A stretch of DNA of 64,000 nucleotides, taken from assembly GCF_001194135.2 (NCBI RefSeq), contig NC_068984.1, positions 46,556,522-46,620,521 of the forward strand. Reading direction: 5' to 3'. Source of the stretch: Octopus bimaculoides. Taxonomy: Eukaryota. Made by a program: the position numbers and the translations under genes. The notes below the pieces were generated by a model that did not search any database, was not told the DNA's origin, and saw only the letters and a list, made by a program, of their open reading frames with translations. This document shows positions 26,020 to 39,189 of this stretch, in pieces; position 1 is the first letter of the stretch; the number at the start of each line of letters is the position of its first letter.

Positions 26020-26679
26020 ATTTCCTCAGACTCGAAGGTACATTTTTTTGCGATATGCCAATATCACATTTGTTTCTATGACCAGATTTCATCTATATTT
26101 AAAATCTTCCTCCTTCCCTCGTAATACTGGTTGTTGTCAGTACGGTTTTGAATGTCGTACAAATATATCATATTGTTGAAATTTTTAAATCTTTCACGAG
26201 AGTTTGTGTTTTCGGATATCTATTTGTAACTGCTACTCTTGTTAATGCCTGTCCCGTATTTCAATGCAACTTTTAAATTCAAATTTTTCGTTTCTAATTA
26301 CAGTTCATAATTTTTTCTAAACATTGGTATTATTTAATTATTTTCTTTAGTATGGACAATATATATTTTCCTCAGTTTTCGTAATTGGAGAAACCATATT
26401 AGATAAAATATAAAGACAAGGAATATCTTTACATTAAAAATATTCAATAGAAGAGAGGACATATTTGTTTCCTAGATATTGAGATAAATATCCACACGCA
26501 AAGCATATTTCTATAGGTGTTCATCCAATAAAACTTCTTAATGATGCAATTTTCTTATTGCTTGACATGTCCTGCTCTGCCAGCGCACAACAACTAAAGC
26601 AACAAAAATAGTAATATAAGTAAAAATAAGAATCACAACCGTTATAGGTAACAATGATGAGGATTATTATTATCTTAAT

Positions 26680-26875
26680 AATTGTTCTACAATAGGCACA
26701 AGACTTGTAGTTACGTAGGATTGGGTTAGTCGATTACATCAATTCCATTATTCTACTGTTACTTATATTGTAAGCCTAGAAAGGAGGAACAGCAAAAGTG
26801 ACCACGGTGACATTTTGAGCTCAGAAAAGACGGACGAAATGTTACTAAGCGTGCTAACGATTCTGCCAGCTCATC
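26680..26875 (-). mobile_element. SINE family B
   Basis: Reverse complement of GAGCTGGCAGAATCGTTAGCACGCTTAG..CTGAGCTCAAAAT..CTTTGCTGTTCCTCCTTTC. Confidence 0.7.
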
Positions 26876-26882
26876 GCTTTGA

Positions 26883-26971
<89 letters not shown>

Positions 26972-27260
26972 TCTATTCACCAATCTGCTGCCCGACTATT
27001 CCATTACAATGGTAGTGGGGGTGATGGTGATAATGATAAAAAATTATAATAATAGGCTGCAGCTGCTGATACTAAATACTACTACTACGGCTAAAAAATT
27101 ATACTACAACTACTACTATTATAATAGTACAGGGATCTGAGGCACAACTACCACCCTTATCACTACTGTTGCTGTTGCTGCAACCACTGCTACTATTACA
27201 CATAAAAACCAGTGATATCAGTGACGATAATAACAAAATAATAATAACAATAATAATAAC

Positions 27261-27323
<63 letters not shown>

Positions 27324-27326
<3 letters not shown>

Positions 27327-28385
27327 AAGCAAACAAGCTGATGTCGACCAGAAACGCACGCATCAGTGGTTACGAAGTTCAGGGCTAAAAGGAGAGAGTG
27401 AAGGTTTCATATTGGCTGCTCAAGACCAAAGCTTATTAACCAGGAACTACCAAGCCAATGTGATAAAAAATGGAGCTGACCCAAAATGCCGATTTTGTAA
27501 CGATGCGATTGAAACTATAGACCACCTAATCTCAGGGTGTAGAGTCTTAGCACNNNNNNNNNNNNNNNNNNNNNNNNNNNNNNNNNNNNNNNNNNNNNNN
27601 NNNNNNNNNNNNNNNNNNNNNNNNNNNNNNNNNNNNNNNNNNNNNNNNNNNNNNNNNNNNNNNNNNNNNNNNNNNNNNNNNNNNNNNNNNNNNNNNNNNN
27701 NNNNNNNNNNNNNNNNNNNNNNNNNNNNNNNNNNNNNNNNNNNNNNNNNNNNNNNNNNNNNNNNNNNNNNNNNNNNNNNNNNNNNNNNNNNNNNNNNNNN
27801 NNNNNNNNNNNNNNNNNNNNNNNNNNNNNNNNNNNNNNNNNNNNNNNNNNNNNNNNNNNNNNNNNNNNNNNNNNNNNNNNNNNNNNNNNNNNNNNNNNNN
27901 NNNNNNNNNNNNNNNNNNNNATCATAAAAGATCAGACAAAGAAGACGTGTTTATTAATTGACATGAGCAGTCCCTCTGATCATAATATAGCGGCGAAAGA
28001 ATTTGACAAGATCAGTAAATATAAAGACTTGCTAATAGAAATTGAAAAAAATGGGGCACCTCAAGGCGACTACCATACCAGTGATTGTAGGATCTCTAGG
28101 AATGTTTAAAAAAAAGGTACTGAAACCTATTTGAAAATGATACCAGGCTTACCATGTCTACAGGAAGTGCAAACAATCGTGCTAACTGGAACGGCTCATG
28201 TACTGAGAAGAGCATTATCGCTGTGAAAACAACATCCACTCATGAACTTTTTCTTGTCTTAAATACATGTTTTACTTGTGAATTTGCGTGTGTGAACTGG
28301 GAATGCATACAACGAGTTTCTCTGCCCTAGATGTACGGAAAACACTCGCCGAGAAATGGAAGAAAATTTGAAGAAAGAAGAAAAA
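27324..28385 (+). mobile_element. 5'-truncated R4/Dong LINE (CCHC + RLE + 3'UTR) flanked by (AAT)n
   Basis: HQWLRSSGLKGESEGFILAAQDQSL..CRFCNDAIETIDHLISGC; LLIDMS.PSD..KISKYKDLLIE; VLTGTAHVLRRALSL*. Confidence 0.88.
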
Positions 28386-28534
28386 AAAACAACATAATAA
28401 TAATAATAATGATAATAATGAAAGAAAACGGGTGGAGTCTCCTTATGGGGTAATAATAATACATCTAGTGATGGTGTCATCACAATAAAAACACTGGTTA
28501 TGGCGAAACCTGATAATCGCTACCTCATATGAGT

Positions 28535-30315
28535 GACAATGAATAAAAAAATATTGTAAATAACGGTGGCATTGAAACTGAAGCCAATGATGGTGACAGT
28601 GTTACACCCGATAGGCTCAGAGATTCTGGTCCGGCTCCAGCCAGTCGATATCCAGAAAGGGACCACCACACACAGCGTAGATGGAGCAAGCAAATTAATG
28701 CTGTGGTCATGGAGTGTTACTACCTGTGGTAGATTAAAATGGTGCTCAAATTATGGGTTACCGACAGCGTATGTATGATCATTGGGGAGAAAAGGGATTG
28801 TTTCAACACACGGGACAGAGACTATGTGATCAAGCTAGAGCAATAAGAAAAAATTGTTTGTTCACAGAAGTAGAACTCGAAACTATCAAAAGACGGGTCA
28901 TGAACAATAGCAGCAGAGATAAGAATGAAAATACAGCTCTTACTAATAAGAGTAATTCTCAATCTCATAGCACAGGAAAGGAGCAGTGGTAGCTTACTTG
29001 ATGAGAGACATATAGATGATCTAAAAGAAGACGATAAAAGTAATAGCGACATGACAGATGAACAAAAGGCAATCTCCGACAGAATAACGGTAAGACTAGA
29101 GGAGAACGATAACGACATTATTTGCAACCTTAAAAGGGTTGATCGATGGAAACTGAACCAAGACGCGAAAATGTCAATGACATTCTGAAATACATCAGAA
29201 CAAACAACATTACGAAACAAATAATTTGATCAAGGCAGCAAGTATTGTTGTAGCAGAAAATGTGGGTGTCGATGTCAAGTAAAGGAAACATAATGGAAGT
29301 GACAAAAGAAAAGATGCATGGTGGAAAAGAAGAATCCAGGCAGTGTTTGTGCTCTGGAAGGAAATCTCTGTGTTAGACCGAAAAGAGAAGGGGGAGCTTA
29401 AAAGCAAATAAAAATACAGGGTGCAGAAAAGGAAGTATAACATTGAAAGAAAAAGCCCGAAAGTAGTAGTGGAGGAATTGAAACAGCGCCTCGTTGCAAA
29501 GAAAGCAAAGATGATAAGATACGACTAAAGTCTGAAGGGTTACCACCAGAATAGGTTATTTAGAGTAAATCAGAAGAGATTCTATAAAGAAATAAATGGA
29601 GGGTGTACAGATGAAAAGTTGATATCAGATAACATTGAAAGTCAAAGGTTTTGGAGTGGTACCAAGGTTGGTCAGGCTTGTGTAGGATGAAAGATTGCAA
29701 AGATACAGCACTATACAAGAAATTGAAAACGAATGAAACTGAAAATAGGTGGATAAAGAAACGAATGCATGGTCAATTTCATAGGAATGTTGAAGATAAG
29801 GCAGACAGAGAAAAAAGATGGCTGTAGATGGCTAAGAGTGATTTAAAACCGGAAGCGGAGCGTCTAATCTGTGCTGCAGAAGAACAAGCACTAAGAACAA
29901 ACTACATAAAATACAGAATAGACAGCACATCAGAAAGCGATAAGTGCAGAATCTGCGGACAAAACGGTGAAACCGTATGACATATACTCCAGAAGGAGTA
30001 TAAGAGACGCCATGACAATATAGCCAGGCTTGTCCATTGGACACTTTGCAAAAAGTGTGGACTTGACGGAGCAAAAAATTCGTACGACCGCAAACATGAA
30101 GGCATTGTCGAAAATAGAAATGCAAAGACCCTATGGGATTTTATGTTTCAGTGCGACCATGAATAGGAAGCCGGACATAGTTTTAATTGAGAAAGAAAAC
30201 TAACTTTTCTGGATCATAGACATAGCATGCCCAGCTGACAACAAGGTATGCAATAAGGAGGAAAGAAAAGTCGAGAGATATGACAGGTTAGCTTGGGAAG
30301 TTAAGCAGTTGTTTT
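28535..30315 (+). mobile_element. decayed R4/Dong LINE with N-terminal domain and RLE but no RT (internal deletion)
   Basis: RRWSKQINAVVMECYY..GYRQRM..QRLCDQARAIRKN; NQKRFYKEING..RFWSG joined at about 29665 to KRMHGQF..AAEEQALRTNY..CRICG..PDI..IIDIACPAD. Confidence 0.8.
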
Positions 30316-30404
30316 ACAAACAGCAATTATTCCTGTGGTAATTAATGCAATCATTCTGCCCGGGGTTCCAACGATTCTGCTAGTTCGGCGTCTATGAAAT
30401 GATA

Positions 30405-30570
30405 ATTATGGTAATTATTATCACCAGGGACTTGTCGATTACATCGACCCCCAGTGTTTCACTGGTACTTCATTTATCGACCTTGGCGGATTTTGAACTC
30501 TGAAAGCGGAGGCATAGGAAATACCGCTAAGCATTTCGCCAGGGTGCTAACGATTCTGCCAGCTCGCCTC
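30405..30570 (-). mobile_element. SINE family B
   Basis: Reverse complement of GGCGAGCTGGCAGAATCGTTAGCACC..GCTTAGCGGTATT..GAGTTCAAAATCCGCC. Confidence 0.8.
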
Positions 30571-30581
30571 ATTATTATTAC

Positions 30582-30636
<55 letters not shown>

Positions 30637-30713
30637 GTTGTTGTTGTTGTTGTTGTTATTGTTGTTGTTGCTTTCGTTGTTGTCGTTGTCGTTGTGGCTG
30701 TTGTTGTTGTTGT

Positions 30714-31990
30714 ATTTGAGCGCGCCGTAAGTTGGGAATTTTTGCGTGTTATTGAAGGTTGTTTACTGTATTGTTTAACTGTTTTTGCTTTCTGAACCTC
30801 TTTTGCTGTGCAGAAGGGGTTCTTTTGTTAAAGGTTCATCCTGTTAGGGACGAATTTGGACGTTTAGTCCATTTTTACCAGAAAAAAATTGTGTTTGTTT
30901 TTCGTATTCACGAAAATCAATATGGGATCTCTCGTGGAGGTGTGTGTTTCTGGTTGTTGTAACAGTCAATACACTTTTTATTTTCCCACTCTTCACAACA
31001 CGAACAGCACAAACAACGACGCCAGTACGAACACCACTAACAGCACCAGCACCACCATTAACAGGAAAAAGGAAAATAATAGAGAAAACACCGCCAATGC
31101 CAACACTGCCCGAAATATCAACAAGAACAACAAAGAAATTTCGAGCACAAACGCAAGACAAATCCAACACACACGGTTGTCAGAGAAAAAATAAGCGTCA
31201 CATTTGAGAACTTAAAACATTCAAAGAGGCCATTAGTGAGACAAGGCAATAATGTCACACTAAATACCCAACAAGAAATTACTATGAAAACCAACTGAAA
31301 AACAACAATGTAAAAATGTATTTTTAAAAAGGCGTTGGAACGAGCAACACAACAACTAGAACTGATTCTCAAACAAATTTGAAATAATAAAGCGTATGTG
31401 ACATGTGGAAAACGGAAGAAGAAGCAAGAAAGCATTCGACAGTGTCACTATGCTCCTGCTCACATATCTTGGTCTGAAATAAATATATGCTGGCTGATGG
31501 CAGCTATCCACTTAGACATAGAGGACACCACCACAATACTGGAGACTCATAAATTGCACCAACAAAATTGGACTCGTTAGGAGTTGGAGCTTCTTGTACA
31601 AATTGATTAAGGGACCCTAAAATCAATACATAACTCAATAAACCTACCCGACGGCAGGATACTACATGTGGTTGCGGCGGGCAGGAGGCCTAAGTGTTAT
31701 TATTGTGGAAACGATCAGCACCTCAAGGTCGGATGCTCTCCGCAGTCGACCTTGAAGTGCGTCGGATCCTACTACCGACACCAGAACCGAGTGCACCTCC
31801 AGTACTTCAGTAACAGCTGCAGTAAAAACCAACCAAAAATACCAACAGAAACAACACCGCCGTCGCCGCCTCCAGTCGTCGCCAGGGCATCACCAACACC
31901 AACAACAAAGACACCAGCCGGAGTACCAGTAGCATTAACACCACCACAAACAGCTACTATGAAACACAACAAAACCAAGGCCCTCTAACA
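30714..31990 (+). mobile_element. third Tx1-like LINE 5' portion (5'UTR + decayed ORF1)
   Basis: VAAGRRPKCYYCGNDQHLKVGCSP (CCHC knuckle homologous to 12500-12590), ENL.TFKEAI motif, Pro/Thr-rich flanks; starts right after (ATT)n(GTT)n. Confidence 0.65.
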
Positions 31991-33426
31991 GTGCAGCAGT
32001 AGAGCGGCTGGCCGCTCCGATGCAGCGCGTGCTCGCTCCCGACCACGCAAGTCACATCCAGCCGGTGCCCGCCCGACAACCAGAGCGCTCGGCCGACTAT
32101 GCTGCACGCTTTGCGGCTCCACTATTCTCTCTCTCTCTGAGTCTTCTCTCCTTTCCCTCCTGCATCCGCCGGCGGCTGGCGCAACCAGCCATCNNNNNNN
32201 NNNNNNNNNNNNNNNNNNNNNNNNNNNNNNNNNNNNNNNNNNNNNNNNNNNNNNNNNNNNNNNNNNNNNNNNNNNNNNNNNNNNNNNNNNNNNNNNNNNN
32301 NNNNNNNNNNNNNNNNNNNNNNNNNNNNNNNNNNNNNNNNNNNNNNNNNNNNNNNNNNNNNNNNNNNNNNNNNNNNNNNNNNNNNNNNNNNNNNNNNNNN
32401 NNNNNNNNNNNNNNNNNNNNNNNNNNNNNNNNNNNNNNNNNNNNNNNNNNNNNNNNNNNNNNNNNNNNNNNNNNNNNNNNNNNNNNNNNNNNNNNNNNNN
32501 NNNNNNNNNNNNNNNNNNNNNNNNNNNNNNNNNNNNNNNNNNNNNNNNNNNNNNNNNNNNNNNNNNNNNNNNNNNNNNNNNNNNNNNNNNNNNNNNNNNN
32601 NNNNNNNNNNNNNNNNNNNNNNNNNNNNNNNNNNNNNNNNNNNNNNNNNNNNNNNNNNNNNNNNNNNNNNNNNNNNNNNNNNNNNNNNNNNNNNNNNNNN
32701 NNNNNNNNNNNNNNNNNNNNNNNNNNNNNNNNNNNNNNNNNNNNNNNNNNNNNNNNNNNNNNNNNNNNNNNNNNNNNNNNNNNNNNNNNNNNNNNNNNNN
32801 NNNNNNNNNNNNNNNNNNNNNNNNNNNNNNNNNNNNNNNNNNNNNNNNNNNNNNNNNNNNNNNNNNNNNNNNNNNNNNNNNNNNNNNNNNNNNNNNNNNN
32901 NNNNNNNNNNNNNNNNNNNNNNNNNNNNNNNNNNNNNNNNNNNNNNNNNNNNNNNNNNNNNNNNNNNNNNNNNNNNNNNNNNNNNNNNNNNNNNNNNNNN
33001 NNNNNNNNNNNNNNNNNNNNNNNNNNNNNNNNNNNNNNNNNNNNNNNNNNNNNNNNNNNNNNNNNNNNNNNNNNNNNNNNNNNNNNNNNNNNNNNNNNNN
33101 NNNNNNNNNCCGACAGCATCATCGTGATCAAGTGTCAAGGGTGGGTGCGCCGCTCTGGACCGGCCGAATGGGCACCGGCGGCCAGGGACCACGGCGGCTG
33201 CTGAATGCCGATTTTCGGCCCGACGCCCGGGTGCGACCTGTGATCGCGGCTTCGGTTGCATGTATTAACTCTAGAATTGGTACAGTTATCCACTCTCCTC
33301 GCGGTGAGGAATACGGTTCCGAGGATTAGGTCCGGTTCCTGAGCCATTCGCGGTTTCTTTTATGTTGTTGCATGTCCTTTAATGTTATTTTGTGTAAGTC
33401 CTTGTGACAAATAAATGAACTGATAA

Positions 33427-33487
<61 letters not shown>

Positions 33488-33489
33488 GT

Positions 33490-33532
<43 letters not shown>

Positions 33533-33826
33533 CATATGAATAAAAATAAGAATACGTGTAATAACTTTTTAGTAGCTGACAATACATTGCCGAGCCTCAT
33601 GTGCTGTAAAAATACTTGGGTTTAAATTGAAGTATAAAAATGGCGAAATCCATAGTTGAAATCGATTCTTGATACACAGGACAGAAAGTTAAATCGTTCG
33701 AGTACAAAACTTACGTAATAGGGTGATGGACATTAGAATTACGACAAACAATACCGAACCGCACATTGAAATCCTCTTAAAATTTCTGCTCAAGATCTTA
33801 TGTCACATTGTTGGCATGTGGAAATT

Positions 33827-33878
<52 letters not shown>

Positions 33879-33894
33879 ACTCTCTATCTCCCTG

Positions 33895-33946
<52 letters not shown>

Positions 33947-34073
33947 ATTGGGTAAACATTTGCAATTAATTAATATCAATTTAATACCATATATATATGG
34001 TTGTGCCGATGCATGATGTTCACTCGTTCATGCATGCACAGTTTGCTAGCATCGTCGAATTTACTACTAGAAT

Positions 34074-34132
34074 ATCATACCGATGAAGGAAATTGAGTAT
34101 TATTGCTCATAATCCAGGAACGCGTCTATGAT
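34074..34132 (+). ncRNA. variant minimal type I hammerhead-like motif
   Basis: ATCATA-CCGATGA-a-GGA.aat.TGAG.tattattg.CTCA.taa.TCC-a-GGAAC-GC-GTC-TATGAT: perfect 6-bp stem I, palindromic stem III ACGCGT, GUC triplet; core deviates at positions 4 and 13. Confidence 0.55.
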
Positions 34133-34282
34133 TAACTTCGAATGGTTAGTTTTCATTGTTTTTTCTTCTTGTCTTTGCCTTTGTGAGTTACAAATAATGC
34201 TATCTGTTGGAGTCTCAGCTTTTTTAGCTGCTATTTCTGAACCTCGGTATGTGGTGAAGCAAATGTTTGCTGATTATGTTTA

Positions 34283-34322
<40 letters not shown>

Positions 34323-35763
34323 AATAAGTACAAATACACAGATAGAAGGCATACAGTTTAATAATAGCTTGCAGAGATTTTCAAATAATAAAACACACAG
34401 AATATTTGAGAGTTAATAATAATACCGTGACAAACGATATGTGTGTTATATGAGAAAGACAAGTAAAATGGATTTTCCAGAAATTTTGAGGCTTTTTGCA
34501 GCAAAGTCGCATATTAATTTCAAAGAAGTATAAAACACAAATTCTCCTCAGTATTTATCCTGTTTTATTTCGGTTGATACCTTCTGCTGTGTTAATGCTC
34601 ACTACTTTCGAAATCGTTCGAAATGACAACCAAACGTGTCTTTTTGAAAAGTCGTCAACTGATAATTCTATTTTATATCTACTATCAGAGGAGATTACTG
34701 CCCTAACGGATTTATGGACTGCATGCATACGGTCGTTCATTCTTCTAAGGGAGAATTTTGCTCATGATTTTGCGCACTTTAATTAAAGCAAACTTTGCCT
34801 TATTCGATTTTCTTTTACTTTTTTTTAATCCACCTTATCAACGTTAATTTGGTTACTCTTTTTCCCCCCTTTCTTTCCTCGATAGACATAATTATCATGC
34901 AGAACGAGATCGCTGTAGTTGTTTGTTTTTTGAAAGGATAACAAATTCGACGTACAAGGATATATTAAAGATTTTCGTCATGTTTGTTGCACTCATATGG
35001 CATCGTAGATTTGAAAGGGAAGGAAGAATTGCCGAAAATTTGGCTGATTGGAATTTGAAAAGAGAAACTGACGTTAACGCCAGCTGAAATGAAGTACTTT
35101 CGAACACACTTTAAATCAAAAAGATGGCAAGCTGGGCCTGTATCGACTCTGCATTTGGAAAGTAAGAGATGTAACAACCGTAAGAGTAAACTTTGTGAGT
35201 TTTTATACACAGATTTCTTCTTGTAATAGACTGCTGATGTGGAAATCGAAAACATGCTTGCCTATGCAACTAGTAGAGTTCCTCAAAATCACCTGCATCC
35301 ACCTGTCTGTATATGTACACATTAATATTCTTATTGCATTTATCCGTGAAGAGAATGCGCTTTATATCTATGGCAATAGTGTATTTTTAACTTTAATGAA
35401 TTCATCTTTATTAGTAAAGTTTCGATACATTATCAACCGTGAGCCAGGGAGGACGTAGAATAGTCGCTCATTCATATATTCACGCATATATTTATGTGTG
35501 TGTGTGTGTATAATACTTCTCAATATCACTGAATATATCGTTAAGTTATAATAACAGAGTGATTGATACATGAACTTTGAATTTTGCGAACTCAGCATAA
35601 TAGACATATAAGAATACGCTAGAAAAACATACGCTGAAAAATGCGAATATCGTTCACTCAAAGGAGTTAAATTATACTTAGACATTTCAGTAGCTAGGAT
35701 GAGTGACCGTTTGTGAAACATAGTAACTTAATTTTCTTACGTACATCTATATGCACATATATA

Positions 35764-37179
35764 TACACAGAAATGACAAATGTAAATAGACAGCCCATAA
35801 AACATCGTTTTCTGATTAACTTGAAACGGCTTATATTTTTTATTAACTGATATTTTTATGTTTCATTTTCTGTATGGGTCTGTTTAATCATGCCACGTAC
35901 AGAATGAGACCTGGAACTGTCTGAATTTCGAACAGTCTGTATTGTGGGTCAATCTGATGGAGGACTGAGCGTAAAATCGCAGAAAACCTTGAGATCCCGT
36001 TTTCCACAATTAACAGAATGATTGCGCAATTCACCAGAGAGGAGAATGAGTCAATGTCCCCTCACCCAGATCGACTAGGGCCCTCTGACAGGACCCTTCA
36101 CTTTGTTAAGAAAAATGTGGAGGTTAGTCCGTGTTGCAAGGCTTCAGACACAGCAAAACAAGTGGACGTCAGTTCCAGAATAGCTGTCAGGTATCTCCAC
36201 AAACTTCGTGCTATGGTAGAGCAGCAAGAAGGCAGCCATTTTTTCGACCACTCAGTATCAAGTAGAGAAGAGGTTGGGCCAGTGAGATAGTGGAGAAGTC
36301 ACTAGTACTTTGAGACACTGTCATATTTTCTAATGAGTTCAGATTTGCTGTATTTTCTGACAGCGGTCGACTGTAGGTCTGAACAATTCTTGATCAAAAA
36401 GTTGATGTGAAAAACTTGCAGGCAACAATGAAACACAGTGGCTATTCTATGATGGTATCTGGAGCAATTTGGAGCAGTGGTCGATCAGAGCTGAAGGAGT
36501 ATGAGGGAAACATAACTCAGATAAATATGTGTTCATGTAGTAGAAAAGGCTCCATGCATCTTCTCTAGCGCTGAAATGATTAAAGAAGACTTTGTTTTGG
36601 AAGATTGGGCTGCTTGTCACACAGCTAAAGAGACCTAAGATTGGTTAGAAGAGAATGGCATTGAACAGCCTCTATGACCAAGCAATTTACCAGTTATGGA
36701 CCCTATTGAACACCTCTGAGCATAATAGACAGGACACTTCGTAACAAACAAGAAAGCATCCTCAAAGCCAGATTTTTAAAATTACTGCATGGAACTTGGC
36801 GAGAAATTCTTCAAGACTCTATTCGTCATTTAATCGGTAGATGTCTAACAGGGACTTTGCATCGAAAAACGCAAAGGTCTTCTCTACTAAATATTAGATA
36901 TTCACATTATGGTAATTAATAAATAATTTGAAAGTATAATTTCAGATTTAAATAAATTTAAACGATTATAGACGTGTCTATTTACTTTTGTCTTGTTTGA
37001 ATTAGTAGAATATGAATGGCATATGGGATATATGAGGATTAGTGGGATTATTGGTATTGGTAATACTAATATTATCATACGTCCCATATACCATTCATAT
37101 TCTAGTAATCATATCTACCTTAATTGCATCAATTTCAGAACTGCTTACCTCCCTTGCATGCAATCTTTTAACTAGTGTA
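35764..37179 (+). mobile_element. Tc1/mariner DNA transposon relic (DD34E-type transposase pseudogene); right TIR split by an insertion
   Basis: VIFSNEFRF, TMKHSGYSMMVSG, LEDWAACHTAKET, PSNLPVMDPIEHL, ends TKY*; left TIR TA-CACAGAAATGACAAATGTAAATAGACA vs right TGTCTATTTACTTTTGTC...ACTAGTG-TA. Confidence 0.8.
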
Positions 37180-37463
37180 CAATTAGAACCAACACCGTTT
37201 GGAAATCGGTGTTGATTCAAACTCAGTGATCAGCTCTGACGAAATCAGTATGACTTTGATTTTCTGTAATGACTCATAATAATGATTTTTATACAACTTA
37301 ATTCCACCTCAAATCATTTATTTGAATGTATATATCTTTGCTTTTATAAAAAAAAAAAATAGCCATTACTTTTATACCTAAATTGCATTTTCTTTATTTC
37401 TTTTTAATTTCCCCCTATTTATACCACGCGTAGTCTTTTGTTTTGAAACCTGTTTCTATTATG

Positions 37464-37504
<41 letters not shown>

Positions 37505-38167
37505 TTCAGTTAGTGGTAAATTTACAAATTTATATAAGATTTCTCGAGTTATTTGTGATTAATAAATAATATTACTTGCAACAATTGGAATTAAAAAATC
37601 ATTTATTTTATATGAAACTTTCTAATATAAGAAGGTTATGAGATTAAAGATATGAGATCGACTATTGTGAATATAAAATGTCTTCTACGCCTGGATTGAT
37701 CTATCATAATTATCACCATATGCCACTCATTCGCACGAGCATACATCATGTAATGGTAAAGCTATTAATACTATTAGTGTTACATACATCTGAGAACACA
37801 TTTGTTTCTTATCACATAAGTTTTATCACCAATAGTAATGCAGTTAATTGAGTTAATACGTCTTTTACCACTAACGAAAGTAAACGACATTAACCGCTCT
37901 ACGCTATCATGAACAACATGTAATATTTTCTTATATAAGAGATGAAAGATAACAACACCTGGAGAATTTCCGTCTATAATTTAGTTATTTTAATCGACAA
38001 AACCTGATTCAATTTTAGTGACATAATCATTATTAATATTATTTGTTTCTATTTGATTTATTATGATGACGTCGATGACAAGAAGACAACGTCAACATTA
38101 TCAATAATAAAACAATAACAACGATAACAGCAGCAGAAGCAGCAATAACAACAACAAAAACAACAAC

Positions 38168-38380
38168 CCTTTCTAATATGGTCACAAGGCCTGCAATTTG
38201 GGAGAGGAGGCCAGTTGATTAGATTCACCCCAGTACGCAACTGGTACTTAATTTATCGAACCCAAAAGGATGAAAGACAAAGTCGACCTCGCTGAAATTT
38301 GAGCTCGGATCGGAGCAACGGGCGAAATACCGCTAAGCATTTTGTCCAGCGAGCTAACGATTCTGCCAGCTCACCGCCTT
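38168..38380 (-). mobile_element. SINE family B, near full length
   Basis: Reverse complement of AAGGCGGTGAGCTGGCAGAATCGTTAG..GTCGACTTTGTCTTTCATCCTTTTGGG..CCTTGTGACCATATTAGAAAGG. Confidence 0.85.
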
Positions 38381-39189
38381 GGCAACAACAACAATAATAA
38401 TAATGATTTCTTATTTAGGCACAAAGCCAGCAGTTTTGAGGGAAGGGAATTAGACGATAGAATCTAAGACATTATATGATGACAATTTATTTTACTAAAC
38501 CCGGAAAGAAAATAGGGGAACCTGGGCTTAGTTTGCATAATAAGCCGGAGCAAATACGGCAAAGACGATATAATGATCATGAGAGTTCGGTGATGAAGGT
38601 GATGCTACTGCTGCTGATAATGATGATGATACCAGGATATACTTTAAGAAGAAATGAAATGTTATTGAAAGAAGGCTAAAGGAATGCATGATCTGTTATA
38701 TATATTCTACGATGTGAAGAGTTCCATCCACTCTGTGCTGAATACATTAACTGAATTTTTTAACATATACTTTTGCTGCTTTCATTTGGTCCCGAAGTGT
38801 CACATTACACACAAATTCACCTATAAAATACAATCTGGTACTTGTAACATTGTGCGCTACTTTCGTAGATTTACTTAATTTGGGCTTAGCAATATACTTT
38901 CAAGTTTCTTCATTCACAATTGTAATGTCACCTTCAGTGTCTAATGGCATTTTCAACTATTCCCATTTACGAAATTCCTCTTTGTTATATTACCATTTCC
39001 TTTCGACGATATCTTGTTTATTCTTTTTTGTTTGTTCCAAAGTTTTATCACCTTGGTTTTACAGTGCACTTTATGTGTCCAATTTTCCCACAACAGAAAC
39101 ATTTCACTTTCTTAAATGGGCAGTTTTTTCTCGGGTGTACACCACTACATTTAAAACATGGGTTTGTTTCCTGAATCTTGATCCGTTTG

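Noticed and set aside
33130-33180. HDV-like ribozyme suggested by CCGAATGGGCAC
   Set aside because: Spacing is too short for the P1/P3/P4 double pseudoknot; only a simple hairpin fits.
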